Of a stretch of DNA of 64,000 nucleotides, positions 47,658 through 55,923 are shown in pieces. How positions within the stretch are numbered: the first letter of the stretch is position 1; every line of letters begins with the position of its first letter. Origin of the DNA: a virus. The translations under genes were made by a program, and so were the position numbers. The notes under the pieces were generated by a model. It was not told the DNA's origin, did not search any database, and saw only the letters and a list, made by a program, of their open reading frames with translations. The stretch is from the IMG/VR virus record IMGVR_UViG_3300023084_000003; one strand, written 5' to 3'.

Positions 47658-47914
47658 CAGTTATTTCTTAGTTTTCTAATAAATTCTTGTTCTATACGTG
47701 GCAAATATTCTCTATCAATTAAGAATATCTCTTTCTTATTTTCATTCAACGCATATTCTTCGTCATAAATCTTCCAAGGTTTCCACTCGTCTGGAATAAT
47801 TCGTTTGATAATAATCTTACGACCTGTTTCAGTACGCAAGATAACGCGATCTTCTTTACGAAGATAAATCGTTCGGAAAGATTCTGGCGCTAGTTTGACA
47901 ATTTCTACTGCCAT
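47657..47914 (-). CDS. gp53 C-terminal portion encoded as a separate ORF (85 aa)
   Basis: YDEEYALNENKKEIFLIDREYLPRIEQEF matches the gp53 C-terminal motif. In frame with the upstream ORF after TAG TAG, with its own GAGGT SD. Confidence 0.7.
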   Translation of the reverse strand: MAVEIVKLAPESFRTIYLRKEDRVILRTETGRKIIIKRIIPDEWKPWKIYDEEYALNENKKEIFLIDREYLPRIEQEFIRKLRNN

Positions 47915-47917
47915 CTA

Positions 47918-48292
47918 CTATACCTCTTTGTAATAATATATAATATTCTCGTCATTATCGTCTTTAGTCCAGTCGATAATGTCCTCACCTGTGAGTCCCG
48001 ATGCTTCACCGTATTTGTCAATTAAAAATAAATTGAACTCGTGATTTGATTTAGGCCATTCGTGATATGGATCTGTAATATTGTTAGCCATATAAACTAG
48101 CCATTCATAATCTACAGAGCCATAATACCACTCTGCGATATCCTGTGCTCTTTCACCTTCCTTAACAGTGTAAGGCATATAAAGAAGTGGATTGTTTGTA
48201 ACTTCTTTTGTAAACGTATTGCGGCGAGTGATGTCTTTAACTTTAACACCTTGGTACTCAATTTCTGGAAATTTTTCAAAATATCTTGTCAT
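47918..48292 (-). CDS. gp53: Baseplate wedge gp53, N-terminal LysM-like portion (124 aa)
   Basis: YFEKFPEIEY...YTVKEGERAQDIAEWYYGSVDYEWLVYMANNITDPYHEWP. Confidence 0.85.
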   Translation of the reverse strand: MTRYFEKFPEIEYQGVKVKDITRRNTFTKEVTNNPLLYMPYTVKEGERAQDIAEWYYGSVDYEWLVYMANNITDPYHEWPKSNHEFNLFLIDKYGEASGLTGEDIIDWTKDDNDENIIYYYKEV

Positions 48293-49380
48293 GCCACCGT
48301 CGTCCCATTATTGTTACCCTGATTTGTTTCAGCAGGAGGGGGTACTGACTTTGCAGTCTTAGGTGGAGGAGTAGCAATACCATAATCGTGTGCTGTCTCA
48401 ACCTCAAGCTCTGATAACTGTATACCAAGTCCTACCGCTGCTGGTTTACCACCTCTCATAATCGATACGCCACCTGTAGGTCCGTAATCAACTGTAATGT
48501 TTTGAATCATAGCTGGTTTAAATTTCATAAAATGTTCACCATTTACACCAAGCAAATAAATGTTTACTGTAGATGGATATCTTAAAAATGCTGAATTGAT
48601 TCCAAATAGATTTGCTGTTTGTGGTAAAGAGTGCTGTTTCAGGTGATAAACAATATTCTTAATTATCTCTGAATCTCTTGTGTTATTTGGAAATAGCTCC
48701 CAGTTAAACTGGTGCTGTCTTAGATTTACACCTTCAAATGTAAGGGTTTCACGAGGGTTCAGAACCTGTCCAGTAGCATTGTTTACTGCACGAGCATAGT
48801 CACCCGGCAATGCTTTTCTTAATAGGTATTGAGCACCAGTTACGACGTCAGCAATATCTGTACCCATAGCATTTTTAAGTGCACCTTGAAGCTGAGCCAT
48901 TGCGCCACCGCCACCCGACGTGCCACCACCTCCAAGCATACTTCCAACCGCAGCGCCCATACCTTGTAGAATTTTTGGAAGATCTCCAATAGTTTGGCCA
49001 TTACCACCAGACTGAATATAGTTGTTTACTCTTGTAGCAATTTGTTCTACAAAAGGATCTCTCTCAAAGTTATTTACTCTGAGGCTCGTTTGGTCTGTAA
49101 GCTGCTTTGGAAAAGGTAACTCGATTGATGTTGTAGTTTTAAGTGTTGCTGCAACAGTTCTACCAAACTGATCTTCCGGTGCTTCAAGAAGTCCACGCGC
49201 GGTTCCCACAGAATCTCCGTCTCCAAATAAAGATTTGAAGTCGTATTGTTTGAACACCATAAGAATCTTATGCGGTTGGCCGTCTGAAGGAAAGCTAAAA
49301 AATTTTGGAGCTTTATCTTCTTCTTTTTTAGTTCTTAGTATTTCCGGTGGGGTAAATTTTTTACCGATTGAGCCGATCAT
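48289..49380 (-). CDS. gp48: Baseplate tail-tube cap gp48 (363 aa)
   Basis: IELPFP, NPRETLTFEGVNLRQHQFNWELFP...DSEIIKNIV, FLRYP and IQNITVDY. Confidence 0.85.
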   Translation of the reverse strand: MIGSIGKKFTPPEILRTKKEEDKAPKFFSFPSDGQPHKILMVFKQYDFKSLFGDGDSVGTARGLLEAPEDQFGRTVAATLKTTTSIELPFPKQLTDQTSLRVNNFERDPFVEQIATRVNNYIQSGGNGQTIGDLPKILQGMGAAVGSMLGGGGTSGGGGAMAQLQGALKNAMGTDIADVVTGAQYLLRKALPGDYARAVNNATGQVLNPRETLTFEGVNLRQHQFNWELFPNNTRDSEIIKNIVYHLKQHSLPQTANLFGINSAFLRYPSTVNIYLLGVNGEHFMKFKPAMIQNITVDYGPTGGVSIMRGGKPAAVGLGIQLSELEVETAHDYGIATPPPKTAKSVPPPAETNQGNNNGTTVA

Positions 49381-49398
49381 TAAACTGCCGCCTTTTTA

Positions 49399-49406
49399 TA
49401 TAAATA
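49399..49406 (+). promoter_or_regulatory. T4-type late promoter TATAAATA for the gp4-gp2-gp54-gp26 operon
   Basis: Exact match 29 nt upstream of the gp4 ATG. Confidence 0.75.
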
Positions 49407-49419
49407 GGTTATTATGATC

Positions 49420-49427
49420 TATTTATA
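49420..49427 (-). promoter_or_regulatory. T4-type late promoter TATAAATA for the gp48 baseplate operon
   Basis: Exact match 40 nt upstream of the gp48 ATG. Confidence 0.75.
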
Positions 49428-49434
49428 CTGAGAA

Positions 49435-49902
49435 ATGAGGCGGCACGTGGCGTATGGTGGAAGGTTTAGACCAAAGAACCCCGTAAAATATAAAGGTGAT
49501 CCAACAAAAATTTATTATAGATCTATGTGGGAGTTCAAATTCTTTCGTTATGTTGATGAACACCCGCATGTTTTATGGTGGGCTAGTGAGGAATATGTAA
49601 TTCCATACTATTCACCAATTGACGGTAAGAGGCATCGGTATTTTCCTGATGTTGTTGTTTGTAAAAAAGGACCGGATGGAACTAAATCTACTATGATGAT
49701 TGAGATCAAACCAAAAGGACAAACAAGACCGCCGGATAGATCTAAAATGAAAACGGCTAAGGGCAACTTATCAAGGCGATATATTAACGAGGTGAAAACG
49801 TACGGTATCAATGAAGCAAAGTGGAAAGCAGCTCGAGCGTGGTGTGCACAACGTGGATGGACATTCCACATATATACTGAGGACCAATTAGGAATCAAAT
49901 AA
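49435..49902 (+). CDS. gp4: Head completion nuclease gp4 (155 aa)
   Basis: GRFRPKNPVKYKGDPTKIYYRSMWE...WASEE..IPY.SPIDG..HRYFPD...IEIKP...NEAKW.AA. Confidence 0.95.
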   Translation: MRRHVAYGGRFRPKNPVKYKGDPTKIYYRSMWEFKFFRYVDEHPHVLWWASEEYVIPYYSPIDGKRHRYFPDVVVCKKGPDGTKSTMMIEIKPKGQTRPPDRSKMKTAKGNLSRRYINEVKTYGINEAKWKAARAWCAQRGWTFHIYTEDQLGIK

Positions 49903-50528
49903 TGGCTGAGATATTTAGCAATATTCTATCACAAGGTATTAGAGCGGGTCAGATGCCTGCTCGTACAGCACAGGCTCGTGAATGGTATAGAGACCAAGCA
50001 AAAGAAGTTACTCGGTCATCTCGTAACAGAACTCGTGCCGATCAATTAATAAGAGAGATTCGTAGAGATGGCGATAGACCACAGCGCAGTCAATTTAGAC
50101 TAGGCGACATGTATCTTTTTACCTATGATCCAAAGCATAAAGACAAGCTTCCGTACTACGATAGGTTTCCTCTTATTTTTCCAATAAATAAAGCTAAGGG
50201 TGGATTTCTAGGTATTAATATGCACTACCTACCGCCAGTATTAAGAGCAAAGTTAATGGATCAGTTGTATACTGTTACGACAAATAAACGTTTTGATGAG
50301 ACTACAAGATTGAGATTGTCATATGATATTTTGAACGGTGCGGCTAAGTTTAGAGAGTTTAAGCCGACAATCAAACATTATCTCAATGCTCATGTGAGAA
50401 CAAAGCCAGCTTACATTTATCCAAGTGAGTGGGATGTTGCATTGTTCTTACCAACACAGAAATTTGTCGGTGCAAATGCTACTCAAGTTTATGCCGACTC
50501 TAGAAGAATTATAAGGGCATCACGATAA
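49902..50528 (+). CDS. gp2: DNA end protector protein gp2 (208 aa)
   Basis: GDMYLFTYDPKHKDKLPYYDRFPL...GFLGINMHYLPP...W..ALFLP. Confidence 0.95.
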   Translation: MAEIFSNILSQGIRAGQMPARTAQAREWYRDQAKEVTRSSRNRTRADQLIREIRRDGDRPQRSQFRLGDMYLFTYDPKHKDKLPYYDRFPLIFPINKAKGGFLGINMHYLPPVLRAKLMDQLYTVTTNKRFDETTRLRLSYDILNGAAKFREFKPTIKHYLNAHVRTKPAYIYPSEWDVALFLPTQKFVGANATQVYADSRRIIRASR

Positions 50529-51319
50529 TGGCATTTAACTTATCACAATTCAAATCCCAGATGGACTGGTTCGGTGGACCAGATCGTGCCTCTTTATTTG
50601 AAGTTGAGCTCAGTGGCTTACCTTTAACTAAATCGAGAGCGGGTTCATATGACCTTAAATTTTTCTGTAAAAACGTAGCCATACCGGGCATGATCTTTAA
50701 CCCTGCTCAGTATGAAGCCGTGGGTCAGATGCGTAAGGTCTATCCTATGGGATTCAACCCAGAACCAGTACAAGCAATCTTTTTACTTGATGCTGATAAA
50801 CAAGTACTTACATTCTTTCATGGCTGGGCTCAGAGTATGGTAAACTTTAGTACCGCGGGTGGAGCATTCTCTGCGGTTGACGGTACAAAACCATTTGAAA
50901 TTAATTATCGTGATGATTACGCATGTCGAATGGTTATCAAACATTATAGTGCAAACTATTTGCAAACCGGACAATACTATGAGGTAATTCTAGATAAAGC
51001 GTTCCCAATTCAAATGGGTGATGTGGATCTTGCATGGGAGAATGGTGACAGTTTTGTTGTTCTACCAGTAAGTATTCAATATGATAGAATCGAGTTCTCA
51101 GGTGAAAGATATGGTTATCCTATAGGCGGGGATGGAAACAGCCTACTTAAATTACTTACAGCAGCCGGTAGAATCAACGACATTATGGGCGGTGGTATTC
51201 TTCCAACTGATGTACAAGATGCAGTTAATAAACTCACTGGAATTAACAGCGAATTTGATAATATTTCTAGCAAAGGTCGAAGTCTCGCAAACCAGGTGGG
51301 TAGATTCTTAGGTGGATGA
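50528..51319 (+). CDS. Tail-tube family protein, probably gp54 baseplate tube initiator (263 aa)
   Basis: F.SQ...GGPDRASLFEV...FFCKNVAIPG...AFPI.MG...L.W motifs of the gp19/gp54 fold. Lies next to gp26. Confidence 0.65.
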   Translation: MAFNLSQFKSQMDWFGGPDRASLFEVELSGLPLTKSRAGSYDLKFFCKNVAIPGMIFNPAQYEAVGQMRKVYPMGFNPEPVQAIFLLDADKQVLTFFHGWAQSMVNFSTAGGAFSAVDGTKPFEINYRDDYACRMVIKHYSANYLQTGQYYEVILDKAFPIQMGDVDLAWENGDSFVVLPVSIQYDRIEFSGERYGYPIGGDGNSLLKLLTAAGRINDIMGGGILPTDVQDAVNKLTGINSEFDNISSKGRSLANQVGRFLGG

Positions 51320-51336
51320 ACAGGAGAAATTAAATT

Positions 51337-52035
51337 ATGCTACCAAAAATTGATCTTCCTATTTTTGAAACAACCTTGCCATCAACAGGTGAGAAAGTCA
51401 AATATAGAGTGTTTACAGTAAAAGAAGAAAAAATTCTTCTTGTTGCTTCTGAAAGCGAAGACCCAGAACAAAACGTCTTAGCAATCAAGCAAGTTTTAAA
51501 TAATTGTTTAATTGATACAGATGCTAGCAAACTAGCTATGTTTGATATGGAATATATGCTTCTACTTATCAGAGCAAGATCAGTAGAAAACGGTGTTAAG
51601 TTTAGCATAGTAGATCCAGACACAAACGAGCAAGTAGATTTGGAATTAGATTTAGATGAGGTAAAGGTTACCAAAGATCCTAATCATACTAATCAAGTTC
51701 CTATTAACGATGACTATGTTCTATTTCTAAGATACCCTACAATAGATGAGTTCATTAAAATCGCTAGTATCGATCCTTCAGATCCTTTAGCGAACTATGT
51801 AATTATGATTTCTTGTTTAGATAAAGTCGCTTCTGAGGACGAAGTCTTTGAATTCCATAAGTATACTCAAAAAGAAATTGATGAGTTTATGGAGGGAATA
51901 TCGGCACCGGTTGTAAAAGGAATTCAAAATTTCTTCGACACCATGCCAAAGCTACGTCATGAAGTATCTTATAAGAATAGTAACGGAGATGAGAAAACTT
52001 TTGTTATTGAAGGAATTAACTCTTTTTTTTCCTAG
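51337..52035 (+). CDS. gp26: Baseplate hub assembly protein gp26-like (232 aa)
   Basis: MLPKIDLP.FETTLPSTGEKVKYRVFTVKEEKILL...FFDTMPKL...IEGINSFF. Confidence 0.9.
   Translation: MLPKIDLPIFETTLPSTGEKVKYRVFTVKEEKILLVASESEDPEQNVLAIKQVLNNCLIDTDASKLAMFDMEYMLLLIRARSVENGVKFSIVDPDTNEQVDLELDLDEVKVTKDPNHTNQVPINDDYVLFLRYPTIDEFIKIASIDPSDPLANYVIMISCLDKVASEDEVFEFHKYTQKEIDEFMEGISAPVVKGIQNFFDTMPKLRHEVSYKNSNGDEKTFVIEGINSFFS
52023..52030 (+). other. Candidate -1 ribosomal frameshift slippery site T_TTT_TTT at the gp26/gp51 junction
   Basis: A T8 run in the last codons of gp26 (TCT TTT TTT TCC TAG). The -1 frame is open and continuous with gp51. GAAGGA lies 8 nt upstream. Confidence 0.6.
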
Positions 52036-52205
52036 TGCTGAGTCATATTAGCCTCAAGGACTATTACAGAATTAATTTCTCGATGGCTCAGCACCATAAA
52101 TACTCTATAAGTGATATTGAAAATTTGATACCATACGAAAGAGATTTGTATTTTAGTATGCTGATTAGTCATATTCAAGAACAACAACAGGCACAGCAAG
52201 GTTAA
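52035..52205 (+). CDS. gp51: gp51-like baseplate hub assembly catalyst (56 aa if started at GTG; likely reached by frameshift)
   Basis: Missed by the ORF track. Translates VLSHISLKDYYRINFSMAQHHKYSISDIENLIPYERDLYFSMLISHIQEQQQAQQG*, with the QHHKYS..IEN.IP.ER motif of small gp51 proteins. Confidence 0.85.
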   Translation: MLSHISLKDYYRINFSMAQHHKYSISDIENLIPYERDLYFSMLISHIQEQQQAQQG

Positions 52206-52209
52206 TTAA

Positions 52210-54270
52210 ATGGCAGTATCAGAAGAAACACAAGCTATCATAGATAGACTTAAAGCAGAAGGTGATTTAATTCGCAATAGCGGAACTAATTCTCTGCGCA
52301 CGATGACTATCAAATTAGATAAGTTTGAAGGTTTGTTTACAAGTATTAATAGACAACTTGTTGCTCAGACCGATCTTTTGAGAGCTCAGGCCGGATTAGC
52401 AGCTCAAGCCCGTAGAAACGAAGAAACAAGAAGACAATACGAAGAACTTACTCCTCCAACAGTAGAAAACGATTCGTCACCGGCTACCTCAGGCCCAGGA
52501 CGAAGTGGAACTGAAAGAAGAATAGACGACGTAGCTAGAAAGCTTTCATCTGCTTTGAGTCTTAAGAATCTAGCAGTAGGCGCTGCTGGAATGTTTGTCG
52601 GATATAATTTCCTTAAAGGTTTCATTAATCAAAAGTATGATGGAGCTTGGGACAAGATGGAAACCGGGATTGGTAGCCTCGGTAGAAGTCTTGCTAATAT
52701 TGACACAACAAAACTAACTGAAAATATTACAAACTTTGTTGATTCTCTACCCAAGCTTACAAATATGATTAATGACATTACTAAAGCATTTCAAGACTTT
52801 AAAACAAAATGGGAAGAATATGGATGGACAGATCTGATCAGTGGCATATGGAATGCTTTAAGCAACGTTACTCTTACCATACTTGGACTGAAAGCAACCA
52901 TAGCTGGTTTTAGAGCCTCTACTGCAATTGCCAATTGGAGAGCTTCTAGAAATGCTATAAAATTGTCAGGTGGTGATCCAACAAAAGTTCCAAAGCCAGA
53001 TTTACCAGTTGCGTCATCAAAAACACCAATTGGTGTGTCAAAAGATGGCAGACCAATCTATGACGATCCTTTAAAACCGGGAAGATATCTAGACGAAACT
53101 GGTAAAATAATTCCTGATTCTAAATTACCAGACGGAATGTCTAGTAATCCAAGCGGTAAGGTTACTACAAATCTTGGAAACATTGATCTGAGTGGAAGAA
53201 ACTTCGTAGTAAAAGATGGAGAATTCTATTCTAGATCTAAACCTGATACTCCACTTAGAGGTGCGGCAAGAGACGCTGCACAACGAGCATTGAGTGCTGA
53301 CATTATTGGTGGCAGAGTCCATATACCTGGCATTAGTACATCACCTCCTATAAGAGCAACTATTTCTGATATTGGAAAGCAAGCTGGGCAAAAGCTGAGA
53401 CCTAAAATTGTTTCTCTTGCCAAAGATAAAGTTTGGAAAGTTTTCGGAACCGCTCTTCCAATTATTGGCATGGGCGTTGGAGCTTGGCTTGCTCTTAATA
53501 ACTTATTTAAAGGAGATTATACATCTGCGGCAGCCAACGGCGTATCCTTGTTTTTGCCTACAATATCTGGTACCGCTGTAGATATTGGAAGTGTTGCTAC
53601 AGAAATTTTCTTTGAAATGTCTGAAGAAGCCTTTGGAGAAAAGACTACCTTTAATCCTGCTAATGAAGCTCACGTAGACTTCATGGTGATTATTGGACAA
53701 GAAGTAGAAAAAGCAATTGAACAATATCAAAAAGAGCAATCAGACAAAAAAAGAAGAGAATTTGACGCTTTACCAGCAGATGAAAGAGCTCGCATTTTGG
53801 GACAACAAGAAAGCAAATTAGGTGAATACTATCGCGGGCAAGATCCGAACTATAGTGTTCTAGAAGATATGTACGCTGTTCCAAACTTTAGAGGACAAAC
53901 AAGAGATAACTACACCGGTCCTTCGTCTTTCTATGGATATGGAACAGGCCCAAACTCTAATACGCAATATCGTTACACACCAAATTTTGGATCTGACGGT
54001 AAGTTTAGATATTTTGATAGAGAAGAACTCGGAACCATCCAAAAAATGTCTTTTAATGGAGGAAGATTTAACAACAGTATGATTGGTCTAGCATCATACG
54101 GAGGAGTTGGCGGTGCTCCTGTTGTAATTAATGCACCTCAAATAAGTGCGCCTGTTGTGAATAATGTAGAAGGTGGGAAGTCGGCCAACTATATTCAGAT
54201 GGCCTCCTTCGGTGGTGGCGGGGGCGGCTTTGGAAGCGACGACCCCTACAACCTATCATTTATTTCGTAG
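52210..54270 (+). CDS. gp29-like tape measure / baseplate hub protein (686 aa)
   Basis: Follows gp26-gp51. Helical and Gly/Ala-rich hydrophobic segments. C-terminal APVVINAP...NNV motif common in T4-like gp29 analogues. Confidence 0.55.
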   Translation: MAVSEETQAIIDRLKAEGDLIRNSGTNSLRTMTIKLDKFEGLFTSINRQLVAQTDLLRAQAGLAAQARRNEETRRQYEELTPPTVENDSSPATSGPGRSGTERRIDDVARKLSSALSLKNLAVGAAGMFVGYNFLKGFINQKYDGAWDKMETGIGSLGRSLANIDTTKLTENITNFVDSLPKLTNMINDITKAFQDFKTKWEEYGWTDLISGIWNALSNVTLTILGLKATIAGFRASTAIANWRASRNAIKLSGGDPTKVPKPDLPVASSKTPIGVSKDGRPIYDDPLKPGRYLDETGKIIPDSKLPDGMSSNPSGKVTTNLGNIDLSGRNFVVKDGEFYSRSKPDTPLRGAARDAAQRALSADIIGGRVHIPGISTSPPIRATISDIGKQAGQKLRPKIVSLAKDKVWKVFGTALPIIGMGVGAWLALNNLFKGDYTSAAANGVSLFLPTISGTAVDIGSVATEIFFEMSEEAFGEKTTFNPANEAHVDFMVIIGQEVEKAIEQYQKEQSDKKRREFDALPADERARILGQQESKLGEYYRGQDPNYSVLEDMYAVPNFRGQTRDNYTGPSSFYGYGTGPNSNTQYRYTPNFGSDGKFRYFDREELGTIQKMSFNGGRFNNSMIGLASYGGVGGAPVVINAPQISAPVVNNVEGGKSANYIQMASFGGGGGGFGSDDPYNLSFIS

Positions 54271-54493
54271 AATCACCTTTGTCAGAAACGAAGGAATACA
54301 TTTCTTTCGCTTTAGACATAAGCTCTTCTACAGAATACATTTCGATGTGCTTTTGAAATTCTTCCATCTGCATCTTACCTGCATCCATCATTTTTTCAGC
54401 AAATGACACGTTCATGTGATACTGCTGATCCATATAATCTTTTGCAAGTGTTAGCATTTCTGAACGAATTTCAAATGGGTTTTTATTAGCCAT
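54260..54493 (-). CDS. Conserved hypothetical protein (77 aa)
   Basis: KNPFEIRSEMLTLAKDY...YSVEELMSKAKEMYSFV. AAAGGAG SD before the ATG at 54493. An alternative in-frame ATG at 54568 also has an AAGGA. Confidence 0.7.
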   Translation of the reverse strand: MANKNPFEIRSEMLTLAKDYMDQQYHMNVSFAEKMMDAGKMQMEEFQKHIEMYSVEELMSKAKEMYSFVSDKGDSTK

Positions 54494-54582
54494 AACTGTC
54501 TCCTTTGTGTATGTATGTGTTAGCCAATTTGGGTGAATATCATAATAACCTGGATTACATATATTCATTTTGTTTTCCTTTT

Positions 54583-54613
54583 AAAGAAATGGGGAGCTAA
54601 CCGTGGCTCCCCG
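54583..54613 (-). terminator. Intrinsic terminator after hsp20
   Basis: GGGGAGC-loop-GCTCCCC 7-bp stem (54591-54612) followed by ATTTCTTT on the minus strand. Confidence 0.7.
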
Positions 54614-54629
54614 CGGATTCGTTACGGAA

Positions 54630-55073
54630 TCACCCGTTTAGAAGTTCTGGAGCTCGGCCGATTTCAATCTTACGAGGCTTCTTCTCTTCCGGAATCACAT
54701 TCTCCAATTTAACTGTCAAAATGCCATCTGCGAAATGTGCACCACGTACGACAATTGTATCTGAGAGTGTAAAGCTACGACGGAAGTGACGCGCTGAGAT
54801 ACCTTTATGTAGGTATGTACGTTCTTCTTCGTCGTCGTTTTTTGTCCCTTCAATATATAGAACACCGTCTTTTAGTTCGATGTCTAGTTCATCTTCGCCA
54901 AAGCCCGCGACCGCCAATTCAATGGCATAGTTATCGTCGTCGATCTTTGCGATATTATATGGGGGATAATTAGTTTGACCCGGTGTTTGTTCTCTCATTC
55001 TTTCGATCATGCGATCAAAACCGATGAAAAGTGGGTCATTGAGCATATCTGCTCTAAAGCTACGTGTATTCAT
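54630..55073 (-). CDS. hsp20: Small heat-shock protein Hsp20 (IbpA-like, 147 aa)
   Basis: FIGFDRM...NYPPYNI...IELAVAGF...YLHKGISARHFRRSFTL...GILTVKLENVIPEEKKPRKIEI. Start at 55073 with AAGGAG SD. Confidence 0.95.
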   Translation of the reverse strand: MNTRSFRADMLNDPLFIGFDRMIERMREQTPGQTNYPPYNIAKIDDDNYAIELAVAGFGEDELDIELKDGVLYIEGTKNDDEEERTYLHKGISARHFRRSFTLSDTIVVRGAHFADGILTVKLENVIPEEKKPRKIEIGRAPELLNG

Positions 55074-55130
55074 TGCTATCTCCTTTATTAAGCAAGATTT
55101 ATAATAAGGGAACCCATTAGGCATTCCCTA
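55074..55130 (-). promoter_or_regulatory. ROSE-like RNA thermometer in the hsp20 5' UTR
   Basis: Leader reads ...GGGAAUGCC-UAAU-GGGUUCCC...AUCUUGCU-UAAUAA-AGGAGAU-AGCA-AUG. The UUGCU motif pairs with the AGGAG SD leaving a bulged G. Confidence 0.7.
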
Positions 55131-55133
55131 TAT

Positions 55134-55141
55134 TATTTATA
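55134..55141 (-). promoter_or_regulatory. T4-type late promoter TATAAATA for hsp20
   Basis: Exact match immediately 5' of the hairpin leader. Confidence 0.75.
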
Positions 55142-55150
55142 TCACATTAT

Positions 55151-55525
55151 TTAGGAGATGTCAACTTTTTTTTCAAGAATTGCGTGTGCAATAATGTCCC
55201 CGTTCTTAAGGGCAACTAAACTGTCACATGTATTCTTGACTATCAATTTAATTTCAGAAGTCTCTTCTACAATCTGAACACACGAAGCGAGAACAAGCGA
55301 TTTCTTAAGTGCCCAATCCTCTTTAATATAAATCTTTGCAATGTATCCTTCCGGCACTTCAAGAGTCTGCCCTGTTGGAATAATTGCTCTTACATCTGGA
55401 ATCAACTGTAATGCATCCGCATCTGGACCGAATCCTTTTACATGCATTTTTTGTAGTTTATTCCAATTATTATAAGTATCAACAAAGTCTCCATGCTTTA
55501 AGGAGACGGCAATATCAATCATCAT
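55151..55525 (-). CDS. Degenerate trimeric dUTPase-fold protein (124 aa)
   Basis: RAIIPTGQTLEVPEGY...IKLIVKN...LKNGDIIAH follows the dUTPase scaffold, but the catalytic motifs 2, 3 and 5 are absent. Confidence 0.6.
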   Translation of the reverse strand: MMIDIAVSLKHGDFVDTYNNWNKLQKMHVKGFGPDADALQLIPDVRAIIPTGQTLEVPEGYIAKIYIKEDWALKKSLVLASCVQIVEETSEIKLIVKNTCDSLVALKNGDIIAHAILEKKVDIS

Positions 55526-55923
55526 TTTTTTCCTATATTGTACTTAGCCTCTAAGTTCCATTCATTTTTCTCTTTATGAGATAGAATCTTAATTTGATTA
55601 AGCTGAGCAACTGGATCTTGAGCTTTCTCCGTATTTACAACTGAGATGAGATCCCATTCCTCAAGCAAATTTACGATAGTATTTCTTCTAGCCTTATCTT
55701 CTTCTGAGAAGGTGTCTTTCTTTCCGTCTAGGATAAACAACTCTTTAAAATGTAGAATTGCATAACGACCTTGTTTGTGAAGAATATGGCAAGTTTGATA
55801 TAAAGTCTTATCTTTACGAGATGAAATACCGATTCGTGTTAGTGTTTCTTTGACTTTTAAAAAGCTATCTGGCGAGGGAAGAGAGATCTCAATTCCCACC
55901 CCTTTAAAAATATCTTCTTGCAT
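55522..55923 (-). CDS. regA: Translational repressor RegA (133 aa)
   Basis: DSFLKVKETLTRIGI.SRK...LYQTCHILHKQGRYAILHFKELF.LDG...RRNTI..LL.EW. Start at the ATG at 55923. Confidence 0.96.
   Translation of the reverse strand: MQEDIFKGVGIEISLPSPDSFLKVKETLTRIGISSRKDKTLYQTCHILHKQGRYAILHFKELFILDGKKDTFSEEDKARRNTIVNLLEEWDLISVVNTEKAQDPVAQLNQIKILSHKEKNEWNLEAKYNIGKK

Noticed and set aside
47915-47920. Genome-wide TAG reassignment suggested by the in-frame TAG TAG in gp53
   Set aside because: TAG terminates other genes normally (13353, 35445, 52035), and ORFs up to 10.9 kb contain no in-frame TAG.
55074-55124. ORF-track N-terminal extension of Hsp20 (MPNGFPYY...)
   Set aside because: It overlaps the structured leader downstream of the late promoter, and the strong SD precedes the ATG at 55073.
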